Shown piece after piece: positions 38,101 to 53,297 of a DNA stretch of 64,000 nucleotides; positions within the stretch are counted from its first letter, which is position 1, and every line of letters starts with the position of its first letter. The stretch comes from Sphyrna mokarran (Eukaryota): the NCBI GenBank assembly GCA_024679065.1, contig JAGIQG010000043.1, positions 2,232,001 to 2,296,000 on the forward strand, written 5' to 3'. The translations under genes were made by a program, and so were the position numbers. The notes under the pieces are model-generated. The model searched no databases and was not told where the DNA came from. It was given only the letters and a program-made list of their open reading frames with translations.

Positions 38101-41100
38101 AAATTCGACGTTTCTGCATGATAAAAAAACATCCTTTCCGGATATCACACAGGTTGGTACGGCTCCTGCTCTGACCAACACTGCAAAAACTACAAATGGT
38201 TGTGAATGAAGCATTTTACTGTTGTCAGATTATTTAATCAAATCTGATGAACTCATTTATCTGTCATATTGGCACTTCCTGGAATAGGCTGGGGTGCATC
38301 ATCCACTGGACACTTCTAATTGAAGTTTATTACAACAGATTCATCCTTGCATTTTTCACTGATATGCTGGGTTCCCCGTCATTGAGCTTAGAAATATGAT
38401 TGGAACTTCCTAATCTGTTAAGTGTCGCTGTTAGTACCTCCATTCGCTACTGAATGGAGCAGGATAGCAGTTGACAGTGATTTGCTTTAGTTCTGTCTAT
38501 CGCATGCTGCATTCGCCGTTTGTCACGCAAGTCTTCGTGTGCTGTACCTTAACGACGTTACATTCTTTTTTTAAGGTTCTCTCCCAGTCAGTACATCGTT
38601 CAAGTGGATTTCAATATGGAGGAATATTGATGCATGAGCTGAGGCGGACAGTATGAGGCAAATAGCAGAACGTTTTCTTGTCCATGGATGTGCTGTTGGC
38701 AAGTAACGTGCCCCAGAGATGTTGGGAACTCAGTGCGTAAATCTGCGATTCTATCTGTGTTCAGCCTTTGTAGTACTGTAGCGCCACCTCAGGGATGGTG
38801 TTGGTAATGTCCAAGATTTCCTCTACCGGATCTGATTTCCTGAGTATGCTAATTTCCTGAGTATGCCGATTTACAGCTTTTTGTTTTCCTATTCGGGGGT
38901 AGGGCGTCGGCCGAGGTGGCTGGGGGAGGGGTAGTAGGGAGGGGTCTGGAAAGGTATAGGTACAGAATGTATTTCCTCTAAACTTAGAAGAGAACACTCC
39001 CCCTCCCCCAGATGTTATTAAGGTGTACTTTGAAGTGTGAACTTTGCATTTTTTTCTGCTGTTGTTTTTGGTGTCTCTATCAATATGGGGCGATTTTTCC
39101 TGATCTATTGTTATTGCACCATTTTTATATTATGGGGTGACATAAAAACTATCTCAAAGGTCCGGAATCATAAGTGGCCAATGTCAGACTGGGCGCAGAG
39201 TGCCCATTTCATACCCTAAATGTTTCTTTATGACGATCGATCACGGTTTCGGAGTCTGTATAACCGGGAGATGTTTTTGGACTGTAACTTCAATTACTTC
39301 CGTTATCAACTGAAATTTAATTCCACATTTTCCGAATTCTATCGTATATCCCAAACGGATTTGTCTAGATATGTTGGAGGATGTGACCACCAGTGGACTG
39401 TGTCCCTGTTTTACAATTCAAGTGGTGTATCTTCTCTTAAATGACATTTTGATTTAAATATTAATGGAATGGTTTTTCATGTGAAATATTTCATGACCAA
39501 CATTCATCCCAGGTTGCCTATAATCCACGTGCCAGTTTCATGTTGTATGCACAATAAATGAACTGATATGAGGCTGATTTGACTCCTACATATATGCATC
39601 AGCGGGGGTGAATAACCAGATACTTAAAACGTTTTTCTTCATTGAACAAAGACCAATATGAAGACAAGAAGGAGGCTAGAAGTTCAGTGGATTATCTAAG
39701 ATTTCCAAACGGATCCACTGCAGTCACGGACAGGAACTGAACGGTCAATCTAAATATCGAAGAATGTCAACAAACAACTAAACAATGTTAAGAGAATGGG
39801 TGTTTATTAGTCATATCGATAATAATAATTTTAGAAAGACATGATTGATTTCAATTTGTTAGGTACTTTCTACGGACGGGCGAGTTTGAGAATCCCCTGG
39901 ACTTTACATAAACACTGGTTGGCTTGTGGCAATATTACTGGGTTTAATTTATAGATTAAGTTGCTATAGGATCTGCACCCTAAAGGTTTGTTTATTTATG
40001 AGTCTAACCAGGGAAGAATCTTTGCTGGAAAATGTTCTGTAAAATTAATGTTCATGGTGTAATGTAATCTGTGTGTAATTTTTTGTATCATTTCTAATAA
40101 ATGAATAACTTTAACATTTAAAAGCATCAGTCGTGTTTTGGAATTTCTAGCACCTGATCTTGTAGAAAGGGACAAGTAAAAGACGAATGGAATGATGTGA
40201 CTTGTTATTGTCACATATATTAGGATGCAGTGAAATGTATTGTTTCTTGCGCACCATACAGACAAGACATACCATTCAAAGAGTATGTGGAGGTAAGGAA
40301 AGCGATGGACACAATATAATGCTGCAGTCACTGATTGTGTGGACAAAGTTCAGCTTAATATGTGAGAGGACCATTCAAAAGTCCGATAGCATCAGGGAAG
40401 AAGCTCCCTCGAATCATTTAGTATATGTTTGCAGATTTTTGTGTGATGTCCTGCGTAGAAGATGATGAAGGACAGAATGTCGAGAATGCGTTGGGTCCTT
40501 AATTATGCGGACTCCTTTCCTGAGGTAGCGGGAAGTGTAGACAGAGCCGATGGATGGGAGGCTGGTTTGCATGACGGACTGAGCGACGTTCACTACTCAT
40601 GATAATTTCTTGCGGTCTTGGAGCAGGACACATAACAAGCTGTGAGACGGAGAAAATGGATGCTTTCCATGGGTCTTCTGTAAACTCTGATGAGTTCCAC
40701 AGTGGACATAACGATTTTCCATTGCCTCTTGAACCGTTTTTTGCGCTTTTCGTGACGTCCATTTTGAAATGATGTGATGTGCTTCCAGATATTTTATCAA
40801 TAAAGTATATTTTTGCAACACACAAAAATACGGGAAAAGCCTCCATGTTGATGAGGCCCAAGGCACCCAATATGATTGACAGCATCATCTATTCCATGGC
40901 GGTTCCGACTCTGTTTTCTTTGAAATGTGGAGATCTCTTTCTTGATACTACTTGATACTGTTGAAAAACGGTTGCTGCCAAGACCATCCCACCTCAGTCC
41001 ATTAGATTATCAGGAAGGTATTCCAGAGTCTGATTCAGCATCATCACTGCCGTTTGTTTCTCTGTAAAGGTACATTGACTCTCACTGCCTTCGTGGCAAA

Positions 41101-44100
41101 GAACAGGAAATGGGAATTATTTGAAGTAATTGAACACTTCAGAACGCCCCAAAAGAGGATGTATCCGCTCCATCTCCACTTTATCCATATTTACATCATG
41201 TTATACCCCTGAATTTGATCTCCCCTCATTCTTCTCAGTTGTAGAGAGTATATGCATAAACGTTTCAATCTCTGTTTATCCCTTCATCACTGCAATAAAC
41301 TAGTGAATCCCCTCTGAACTGCGTCAATGTCACAACAACAATGTTCAAATAAAGATAAGGAAACTAGTCACAATACTGATTTCCCCTGGTGTATGTACAG
41401 CCACTGTGCCATTAGAGAGGTGTGCAAAATTGTATCCCAGCGACAATGAAGGGAGGATGATCGATTTCCAAATAAGAATGGTGTGAGACTTGGAGCGAAA
41501 TCTCCAAGTGCTGGTGTTTCCCTCGCGCCTGCTGTCCTTGCCCTTCGTGTTAATCGTATTAATCGAAGGACAAGGGTAACAGAGGGATGAAAATTGCATT
41601 CAAAGGGGAAAATTGCTGCATTGCATCTTGCCCATGGTACTCACGGCTGTCACTGTGCATTGGTGGAAGAGGGAGTGAATGTATATTGTGTGTGAAGCAA
41701 TCAAGTGGGTCTGCTTTACCCACCTGACCGATCTTTTACATTGCCCATGCCTTGTTGCATGCTGGAACGGAAGGTCTCAGTAACGGAGGAGTTTGGAACG
41801 GAACATAGTGCATCGATATTTAACATGTAGGTGACAATTCGAAGTGGAACAATCTTGAAGAGTGAAAAGTACAGACAGAGAGATGTTTGCTTTTGATTTT
41901 GGGTTACGATTCAATAGCTCCGAATGGAATCCTGCCAAGGTCAGTTCAATCAAGTTGGACAGGTATTGGAGAAGGGCGGTATTGTCAACCCTGCTGCTGG
42001 CTACATGTGGAGAATGATGTGGACGGAGAGATTATCGGAGTCACTATCCCAAATGACATGTGAGGCCTTGAAATGGACCGTGGCCTGTGAAGGCAACTGA
42101 TTGGAGGGAGGCAGAAATGGAATTATGGTGAAGCTGAGTGTGGAAATGAAATCTTGCACCATATTGGAGGGCGTTGGTGAGGAAAGGGATGCTGGGAATG
42201 GGATGTTAAATTACAAGGACAAAGGTTTTAAGAGTCTAATTCTGGAATGAAGTGAGAACAGCGTCTTTGCAGTGAGGGACAATTACCAAGGAGACGGATC
42301 TACTTACAATATAGGCTCAGTAACAAGTCTCACAACACCGGGTTAAATTCAAACTAGTTTATTTGGGAGCAGAAGCCACGAGCGTCCGGAGCACTGCCCC
42401 TTCATCAGGTAAATGGGAGTTCTGTTCACAATCAGGGCATATAAGATAAAAACTCAATTTACAAAGTAACGGTTGGATTGCGAGACTTTACAGATAATCA
42501 AGTATCAAAGGTGCTGACAATGTGAGTGGAGAAAGGTTTAAGCGCAGGTTAAAGATGTGTATATCGTCTCCAGCCAGGACAGTTGGTGAGATTTTGCAAG
42601 TCCAGGCAATTCGTAGGGAGTTACAGATGGTGCATGCTCAATCTCACATGAAACCTTTCCCACTAACAGATCTATTGGAACAACACAAGTGTCCGTTGTT
42701 CTCCCGCAATCGAGCATAAAACGTGCCAGTCCAATCTCCGAAGCATGCCACCAGTTGCTCTGTCATACAATCATTGAAGTCTTGAACCGTACGTTCCACC
42801 AGCCTTTGGTTGAAAAGTGATCAGGTGCTGCTAATACGTGTTGGTTTTCTTTGGAGAGCATGCATTGCTAGGAATCAGCGCTAATAAAGTCCTCGACGTT
42901 TGCGGGAAACCTCATCCTGGTATTCGATATACACTGGCGTCTTGACATGACATAATATCTAGATCAATGCCTGAAAAGTAGTGTAGCCCTCTCGGTGAAC
43001 CTGCAACCCCTTTAAGTACAAGTGCACCATGATTAAACCAAAAGAACTCATTAATGCTCACAGACACTCATGGCCCTTACAGGGCACTCCCAGATGTGGA
43101 GGAAAGCAAAGGGAGGGCGTATTTGACTTTCCTGGCACCGATCACATTAGCTCACCAACTGTGATAACAACATCAGGAAGATATCTCGGACGAACCTCCA
43201 AACGAGCGCGTTATTTCAAATAATCTCAGGGAGACCCTTATTTCGTTAATTTGGTGGCCGTGCTGGGGTCGGAAAAATAATCGGACAGCAGAGGAGGGAC
43301 CCCGTCCTCAGCACGAAGTAAGCTTCCTTAATGAGGTATGTTTTCGTGTCTTCAGAGGGTGGTCCTTCGGATCTCCCGTGCAGGAGCACTCACTAATTTT
43401 AGGTAAGATAGAATGATTAGAGTCGCTAATTTGCACTCCCGCCACTGGAAAGGTCTCCCAAATATTTAGAGTTTTCATTATCCCTTTCTAATGCTGGTAA
43501 ATGAGCTGGGCTTGTGGCAACAAGAGATGTTGCAATGAATCAACACTAACTATCTGGATTCCAGGTCGCTGTTCATGAAGATATTTGTAGGCTGACAATA
43601 AAGTAGAGCTTTATCAGGACAGAGACTTTGGGGAGAAAGGGAGGTGGGACTGGTGGCAGGTGGAGAAGGAGTGTGGAATTGCCTTATCGAATTCTAGAGG
43701 CCTAATAGGTAATAGAACAAAGAACAAAGAACAACGCCGCACGGGTAACACCCAACAAGGCCGCATCGCCATTTTAACATTGTGAGTGCCCTCGTCTACC
43801 TAAACCTTTGTCTACGCTTATTGGAGAAGATTGAGGGAAATCGAATTTAGGACAATTTGATAACACCAATAGTGTTTATGTTTGGTAGCTAATTAAATAA
43901 ATCATCTGAAACTGTTGATGGGTGTTTTGGGCACCGAGTACAGCCCCAGCTCTGACAAAGGGTTATCCAGAACCGTCAGCTCAGAAACGTTGCTCCTATT
44001 CTCCCTCCACTGATGCTGTCAGACCTGCTGAGATTTTACAGAATTTCTTGCTTTTATTTCAGATTCCAGTACGAAATTGCTTTCAGCCAATTTATTAGAA

Positions 44101-44299
44101 CTGGCTTTACACCTCTCCTCGACTTTCGCAATCTGTTGGGTTGCCTTATTATCCCATCACCTTTTGAAAATTCATTCTGTTGGCTATTTATAGCTGAAGT
44201 CACAACCACGGCCATTTGCTCAACTGTAGAATTACTAATTTCTCAGTCTGCTCAGATGCAGATGTAGGGTGTCATGGTAACAAAGCCCTATCATAGCAG

Positions 44300-45397
44300 A
44301 TGTCACCATTGTAGATGCCAGATCAGCCTTCTCGCAGGTGAACCTACAGAAAGCGATAGTCCGGGATCGGGTACCAGGATGAGCATTTAGATCCTATGCC
44401 GATCAACGAGCGGGAACATTCGCAGACATCTTCAGTCTCCCTTTACAACAGCCTGAGATCCCTATCTGCTTCTAGAAGACAATCACCAACCCACTACCAA
44501 AGCGTGTCTTAATAGCTGTCGTCAGGTGGCTCTGACATCCATCACTGTGAAGATCTTTGAAAGGCTAGTCATGACATAATCAATTCCAGCTTCCCAGACT
44601 GCCACGATGCACGACCGTTTGCCTACAGTCGGAAGAGATCCGCACAGAAGCCATCTCCCTGGCCCTGTACTCAACTCTGGAACATTGAGGTAACAAAGGG
44701 ACCTATGGCAGGTTCCTTTTCATTGACTACCGCTCAGCCTCAACACCATTATTCCTACTGAGCACATCTCCAAGCTCAATGGCCTGGGCCACGCCCCCTC
44801 CCTCTGCGACTGGATCCTAAACTTCCTAACCCATAGAGCACAATCAGTAAGAATAGGCAACAACACTTGCTCCGATGATGCTCAGCATCGGTGCCCCCCG
44901 AGACTCTGTTCTCAGCCCCCTAATATACTCCTTCTGTATCTACGATTATGTGGCCAAATTCCCCTCCAAACCCGTTTTCAAGTTTGTTGATGGCATCACG
45001 GTCATGAGTCGGATCTCAAACAATGATGAGACAGAATATAGGAATGAGATAAAGAATCTCGTGGACTGATGCGGCAATAATTATCTCTCCCTCACTGTCA
45101 ACAAAACGAAAAAGATTGTCATTGACTTCAGGAAGTGTAGTAGAGAACATGCCCCAGCCTATATCAGTGGGGACGAATTTAAACGAGTCAAGACCATTCC
45201 TGACATAGCCTTTCTGCTACCATCAGATTTTGAATAGACCAACCTTGCATTCAGTTGATCTTTCTCTACACCCTAGCTCTGACTGTAACACTGCTGTCTC
45301 ACCTCTCCTTTCATTCTCTAGTGTTTTGTCTGTACAGCGCATATGAAACAATATCTTTCACTGTATATTCATACATATGACAATAATAAATCCAATC
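44300..45397 (+). mobile_element. Decayed Rex1/Babar-type LINE RT fragment (duplicate of 19950-21062)
   Basis: Same RT motifs (ORF 44875-45069). Confidence 0.8.
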
Positions 45398-45502
45398 AAC
45401 ACATAGACCAGCTCACAGCCAGAATCTCTCTGCGCCTCTCAATCATACACAGGCGCACACGCAGCCGAAATCTGTCTGCCTCCCTCACATACACACGCAC
45501 AG

Positions 45503-45564
<62 letters not shown>

Positions 45565-45782
45565 CCATAACCTTTATCGTTCTCTCTCCCCATCACGCAA
45601 ACATAGTTTTATCAATCTACCCTTGTTTGATAATGTTAGAATCACATACCCCCGCAGACACAGAGACAGCCACAATTTATCTGTCTGTCTTCCTGTCTTT
45701 ATCTTTCACAGACACATGTACACACAAAGAAACACACGTACCTTTACCAGTCTACCCTCTGCTGGAAAATGGAAAATGTCAG

Positions 45783-45813
<31 letters not shown>

Positions 45814-45881
45814 AAACATACGCACACATAGCAACATCGCTCTCTCTCTCATTCTCTCACACAGACACACACACACACACA

Positions 45882-48800
45882 AAACATAGAACATAGAACA
45901 TAGCACATTACAGCGCAGTACAGGCCCTTCGGCCCTCGATGTTGCGCCGGCCAGTGGACCCTCTAACCTAAACTATCCCAATATCATCCATATGCCTATG
46001 CACCGACCATTTGAATGCCCCCAAAGTAGGCATTTTGCATAAATGCTGCAGGCAGGGCATTCCACGCCCTCACCACCCTCTGTGTAAAGAACCTGCCTCT
46101 GACATTCGTCCTATAACTACCACCTCTTAATTTAAAGTTATGTCCCCTCGTGTTGGTCATCACCATCCGAGGAAAAAGGCTCTCACTATCCACCCTATCC
46201 AGTCCTTTGATCATCTTATACGCCTCAATTAGGTCACTGCGTAATCTTCTTCTCTCGAATGAAAATAACCTCAGGCCCCTCAGCCTTTCCTCATAAGGCC
46301 TTCCCACCATACAAGGCAACATCCTGGTAAACCTCCTCTGCAACCTTTCCAATGCTTCCACAACTTTCTTATAATGCGGCGACCAGAACTGTACGCAATA
46401 CTCCAAGTGCGGCCGCACCAGAGTTTTGTACAGTTGTAACATAACCTCACGGCTCCTAAATTCAATCCCTCTACCAATAAAAGCTAACACACCGTACGCC
46501 TTCTTAACAACTTTATCAACCTGGGTGCCAACTTTCAAAGAGCTATGTACTTGTACCCCAAGATCCCTCTGCTCAACAACACTATTAAGGGTCCTTCCAT
46601 TAGACCTATATTTCATATGCCTGTTATTCCTACCAAAGTGAGTCATCTCACACTTATCCGTATTGAATTCAATTTGCTACCTCACGGCCCAGATCTGCAA
46701 CCTATCTATGTCCCTCTGCAAACTGTAACAAGGGACAAGAATGGTTGTTGCAGCTTCCAGGGTTCAAATGCTTTAGTCGGAGTAGAGAAGGAGGTAGAAG
46801 GGGGGGAGGAGTGGCATTATTAGTCAAAGACTGTATCACAGTGACAGAGAAGAAGTTTGATGAGGACTTGTCTGTTGAGGTAGTATGGGCTGAGATTAGA
46901 AACAGGAGAGGAGAGGTCACCCTGTTGGGAGTCTTTTATAGACCTCCTAAAAGTTCTAGAGAGGTTGAGGAAAGGATTGCAAAGTCAATTCTGGTCAGGA
47001 GTGAAAGTAATAGGGTAATTGTTATGGGGGACTTTAACTTTACTAATATTGATTGGAATAGCTATAGCTCTAGCTCGTTAGAGGGGTCAGTTTTCGTACA
47101 AAGTGTGCAGGAAGGTTTTTTGACTCAGTATGTAGATAGGCCAACTAGAGGTGAGGCTACATTGGATTTGGTGCTGGGCAATGAGCCAGACCAGGTGTTA
47201 GGCTTGGAAGTTGGTGAACATTTTGGTGATAGTGACCACAATTCGGTTACGTTCACCTTAGTGATGGATAGGGATAGGCATGTAGCTGGGGGCAGTAGTT
47301 ATAGCTGGGGGAAGGGTAATTATGAGGCCATCAGGAGAGAATTAGGGTGCATAGATTGGACTAGGAAACTACAGGGACTGGGAACATCTGGAATGTGGAG
47401 CTTATTCAAGGAGCAGCTGCTGCGAGTCCTTGATAAGTATGTCCCTGTCAGGCAAGGAGGAAATGGTCGAGTAAGAGAACCTTGGTGTACGAAAAAAGTT
47501 GATTTGCTGGTTAAAAGGAAAAAGGAGGCTTATGTCAGGATGAGGATTGAAGGCTCGGTTAGTGCAATGGATAGCTATAGATTAGCCAGGAGGGAGCTAA
47601 AGAGTGAATTGAGGAGAGCGAAGAGAGGACACGAGAAGACTTTGGCTGATAGGATTAGGGAGAATCCTAAAGCTTTCTTTAGATATGTTAAGAATAGAAG
47701 ATTGGTTAGGGCAAGATTAGGGCCAGTCATAGACAGCAGTGGGAAGTTGTGCGTGGAGCCTGAAGAGATTGGAGAGGTACTGAATAAATATTTCTCTTCG
47801 GTATTCACGCAGGGAGATGTAAATGTAGTTGTGGAGAACACTGAGGTACAGGGTTGCAAACTGGAAAGTATTGAAGTAGATAGGGAGGATGTGTTAGATA
47901 TTCTTGAGGGTTTGAAGTTAGATAAGTCCCCTGGGCCGGACGGGATTTACCCTAGGATTCTCTGGGAGGCAAGAGAGGAGATTGCAGAGCCTCTGGCTCT
48001 GATCTTCAGGTCGTCGTTGGTTACGGGTGTGGTTCCGGAGGACTGGAGGATAGCGAATGTGGTCCCGTTGTTCAAGAAGGGGAAGAGAGACCTTCCAGGG
48101 AATTATAGGCCAGTGAGTCTTACTTCTGTTGTGGGCAAAGTATTGGAGAGAATAATTAGGGATAGGATTTATAGTTATTTAGAGAGTAATGAATTGATTG
48201 GAGATAGTCAGCATGGTTTTGTGAAGGGTAGGTCGTGCCTTACTAACCTCATTGAGTTTTTTGAAAAAGTGACTAAGGAGGTGGATGGGGGTAAGGCGGT
48301 TGATGTGGTATATATGGACTTTAGTAAGGCGTTTGATAAGGTGGCCCATGGAAGACTTCTGCAGAAAATGCAGATGTATGGGATAGAGGGTGATTTAGCT
48401 AATTGGATTAGGAATTGGCTAGCAGATAGAAGACAGAGGGTGGTGGTTGATGGGAGATATTCATCTTGGAGTTCGGTGACAAGTGGTGTACCTCAGGGGT
48501 CTGTTTTGGGGCCCCTGCTGTTTGTAATTTTTATAAATGATCTGGATGAGGGTATTGAAGGATGGATTAGTAAATTTGCAGATGACACTAAAGTCGGTGG
48601 AGTGGTAGATAGTGAAGAGGGGTGTTATAGTTTGCAGAGGGACTTGGACAAGTTGCAGAGCTGGGCCGAGAGGTGGCAAATGGAGTTTAATGTGGAAAAG
48701 TGTGAGGTAATGCACTATGGCAGGAATAATAAATGTGTAGAGTATAGGGCTAATGGTAGGATTCTTAGTAGTCTTGATGAACAGAGGGATCTTGGTGTGT

Positions 48801-50157
48801 ATGTGCATAGATCCCTGAAAGTAGGCAGTCAAGTCGATAAGGTTGTTAAGAAGGCATATGGAGTCTTAGCTTTTATTGGTAGGGGGATTGAATTTCGGAG
48901 CCGCAACGTCATGTTGCAACTGTACAAAACTCTAGTGCGGCCGCACTTGGAGTATTGTGTGCAGTTCTGGTCCCCACATTATAAGAAAGATGTGGAGGCA
49001 TTGGAGAGGGTACAGAGGAGGTTTACCAGGATGTTGCCTGGTATGGAGGGCAGGTCTTATGAGGAGAGGCTGAGGGATTTGAGGTTGTTTTCGTTAGAAA
49101 GGAGGCGGCTAAGAGGGGACCTGATCGAAACATATAAGATGATTAGAGGTTTAGATAGGGTGGACAGTGATAGCCTTTTTCCTAGGATGGAAAAAGCTAG
49201 CACGAGGGGACACAGCTTTAAATTAAGGGGTGATAGTTATAGGACGGATATCAGAGGCAGGTTCTTTACCCAAAGGGTGGTTCGGGAGTGGAATGCCCTG
49301 CTTGCAGCAGTTGTAGATGCGCCACGTTTGGTGGCGTTTAAGAGGTTAGTTCATAAGTATATGGAATAGAAGGGAATGGTATAGTTTGGAGGGGCATTGC
49401 TTTATATATTGGTCGGCGCAACATCGAAGGCCGAAGGCCCTGTTCTGTGCTGTAATGTTCTATGTTCTATGTTCTATGTAACACCCATCCTCGTTGTCTA
49501 CGACTCCCCCCACTTTGGTATCATAAGGAAACTTACTAATCCAACCCTCTACACCCTCATCATAGGTCATTTATAAAAATGACAAACAGCAGTGGCCCCA
49601 AAACAGATCCTTGAGGTACACCACTTGTAACTGCTCTGCAGGTCGAATATTTCCCGTCAACCACCACCCTCTGTCTTCTATCAGCTAGCCAAGTCCTAAT
49701 CCAAACTGCAAAGTCACCTTCAATCCCATGCATCTGCACTTTCTTCAGTAGCCTACCATGGGGAACCTTATCAAACACTTTGCTACAATCCATATACACT
49801 ACATCAACTGCCTTACCCTTATCTACCTCTTTGGTCACCTCCTCAAAAAACTCAATAAGGTTTGTGAGGCACGACCTACCCTTCACAAAACCGTGCTGAC
49901 TATCCCTAATCAATTTATTTCTCTCCAGATGCTTATAAATGCTATCCCTTATAATTCATTCCAAGACTTTGCCCACAACAGAAGTCAGGCTCACCGGTCT
50001 ATTATTTCCAGGATGGTCCCTTGTCCCCTTTTTGAACAAAGGGACAACATTTGCCATCCTCCAGTCTTCTGGCACTATACCTGTCGCCAACGACGACATG
50101 AAGATCAATGCCAAAGGCTCTGCAATCTCCTCTCTAGCCTCCCAGGGAATCCTGGGG
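45882..50157 (-). mobile_element. Older CR1 LINE (RT to 3' end) split by a nested opposite-strand CR1
   Basis: ORFs 45996-46646, 49560-49913 and 49956-50174 are consecutive parts of one ORF2. Only its 5' stub survives in copy B (about 21610-21965). Confidence 0.88.
46731..49478 (+). mobile_element. Young CR1/HER1-type LINE with uninterrupted 874-aa ORF2 (partial APE endonuclease plus RT)
   Basis: ORF 46745-49369 has [27 protein letters not shown] and KFADD; (TGTTCTA)n tail; TGTAACA target duplication at 46724-46730 and 49477-49483. Confidence 0.95.
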
Positions 50158-53100
50158 TACATACACACACGCATGTACCAATTCAGCCTTTCCTGATAAT
50201 ATCAGAATCAAATACCCATGCAGACACACAGATAGCCAGAATTCCTCTCAACCTCTCAATCTGTTTCTCTTACCCTCTCGTATACAAAAGTACAGACACC
50301 TTAACCAATCTACCCTCTGTTGGGTAATGTCAGGATCACACACACGCACACGCACACACACCTTTAACACTCTTCCCACTACTGGATAATGTCAGGAACG
50401 GACATTTAGAAATCCACAATCTCTGCTGGGTCTGTCAGAATTTCATTGGACGCGATATTACTGGAAACAACTTTGCTTAAGATTAATTTGTTGTGTGTTG
50501 AGTGTATCACACGCGTTTCACATCGCATTGAAGGTAAGATTTCAATGTTTCTGCGAGCAGTGGTTCCATTCTTATTGAATCCATTTGTGATTCGCCTCTC
50601 TTTGATTAGCAGCGTTTTCAATACAGCAACACCAAACACGTATCTGCTTTCACTCGGGATGATGATTAATAAGAACATAATTAAAATTGGATTAAATAAG
50701 ATTACTTTTCAAATTAAAATACCTAGTCACTAAACAGATTTATTTGGCTGTTAGACAGGACCAATCAATCCAAGTAGACAGTTCTTCTGTATCCTGTCAG
50801 TCTCTGCCGTCCCATGTTGAAAGGGAAATGTTCGCAATTCCTCACAGTTCATTGCTTAAAAAAAAATGGAAACCCGTTTTCTGGCTCCCCTAGTGGTGTG
50901 AGAATTTGCTCTGTCTGGATATTACTGAAAAAAAACTTCTTGCGTGTTAGAAGGGTCAAGCTATCTTCTTGTTGTTTTGAATAACAGCGTCTCCTTATGA
51001 CGCACACAAACACACACATATAAATTCATACACTGACTCATGCTCTCTCTCTCAGTGACACACACACATGCACACATACACATACACATTCTCTCTGGCT
51101 CTCTCACACACACACCCACAGACACTCACAAACACTTGCACATACACTTATACATTCACACACACGCATTCATACAAACAGACAGACAGACACACACACA
51201 CACACACAAATATACATACACAAATACATACACATATGATGTCTTTCTCTCTCCCTCTCTTTCTCTCTCTCTCTCTCTGTCTCCCCCCCCCCACACACAC
51301 AGAAATATACTGATAAGAAAATATTAGATGAGAGAGGCATCAGTGTCGGCACAGACTTGGTGGGCCAAAGGGTTTGTTTCTGTACTGTAATATTCTTTGT
51401 TCTTTGTTCACACTCATGCACTCAAATACACTGATACGCACATGTTCACATACGCACACACACACTCTCTCTCTCACACTGTTAAACATATATAAACGCA
51501 TAAATACACACTCATGCACTTAAACACACTCTCAAACGCACTCACATTCTGACGCACAGACACACACTCATACATGTATACACACTCATGCCCACACTTA
51601 TAGACCCTCAGACAAAAAACAGACATACGCTCGCGCATATACACACAGATAAATTCATACACTTTAACACACACACACACACGCACACACGCTTACATAT
51701 TAAGCTGATTCACTGACACACACGCTTACTCACACTTTCTCACCTATAAACACACTCTCTCATACACTGACACACACTCGAACACTTACACTTAATGTCT
51801 GCGAAATGTCACATAGAATCCCTCAGTTTATTAATTGAGGCATTTAGTCTTTAATCAATCAAGTTTGGATGAGCAGATATGAAACATTACTTGCATATAT
51901 TTTCCACGTTCCCTTCAGTTCCAAACACCAAACTTCTGGAATGATATTAGCATTGTCGGAAAATTCCTGAACATATTAGAGGAGAGCAATGCCAGTCAAA
52001 GTAGAACGTTTGGGGAAGTCGATACTGAGTTGACATTGTTCTCCTGAGAGCAGAGACACTTGGGTGGAGATATGGAAGAGATGTGGAACACCATGGAAGC
52101 GGTGTCTGAGGGAGGGAATATTTAATCGTAAAATACTCAGCATAAGCATATCGAACAGCTAATATTTCAATTTAAGTTTTAAGGACGAAATGGGCATTTA
52201 AAAAAGGTAGTAATGATATTTTCAAAATGAATGGCTAGTAAGCCTGCTAGTATTAAATTGCATAACTCAAGGACTGATTGTGTCGGTAAGTTAGCTAAAA
52301 CAAATATAACCAGAATGATAGTGGGATAGCTTGATCTTGAGTTTGGACACCGCTCGGCACAGCATCGAAGGGCCGAAGCACTTGTTCTATGCTGTACTGT
52401 GCTATAGTCTACATAACTTGGGATGATTACGTAATCGGGCATTGATTAAAGGGACAAATAATGTAATTTTGTATTGGGTACAGAGACTCCAACCTGGGAA
52501 TTCAGCCGGCTGATCGAGCCCTCCTCCAGCAGATTACTTAGATTTGTCTTCCCCACAGAACGCGGAGTATTGAAATTATTGTTAGGTATTGCTAAACAAC
52601 AAGGAAGCCATTTTATTTAAGAAGTGAACCCACTTAGCCGTGTTATCAGACGGGAATATGGATTTCAGAAAATTTTCTTTCAGGTTTAACTACCAATATC
52701 CAATTGAATGCCCAAAACTAGGGTAGATCCAGTTAAGTTTGGGACACATTTAATCTTGCAGATTGCATATTCATGCAGCAGAAATCCCAAACCAGTTGCT
52801 CACATTCCTGTTCTGCCCATAATACCATCTCTAACGGAAACAAGCACACCCTAAAAATGTTCCTGTAAATTAGCTGAAGAGCCGCCGGAAACATATTTGT
52901 TCCAAATCCTTATAGAAACCGGAATTACACAGGTAACATTTGGTATTGAAGACCTTCTTCTATATTTAGTTAATTCGGATATTGATACATTTTTATCAAT
53001 ATCTTGCACAATTACGGTAGAAAATGCAGAATAAAATTTTAAAACCCACTATGAGAAATTAGAAGCATAGAAAGGTGGAATTGCATTGCAGGCGATATTC

Positions 53101-53297
53101 CATCTGAAGAATGGTGGAAATTAACAGAATGTTCATTTCTGCTTTGGTCGCCATCACAATAATGAGCCCCCAGTCCGTCCGATTTTGCACCGGCTGCACT
53201 TTCGGAATTCTCCTTGCAAAAATAAGAATGTTTCCACGACACTATAAATCCCGGAAACACACGGTGAGTTCTCTGTGTACCAGTCTTCTGTCTCGAG

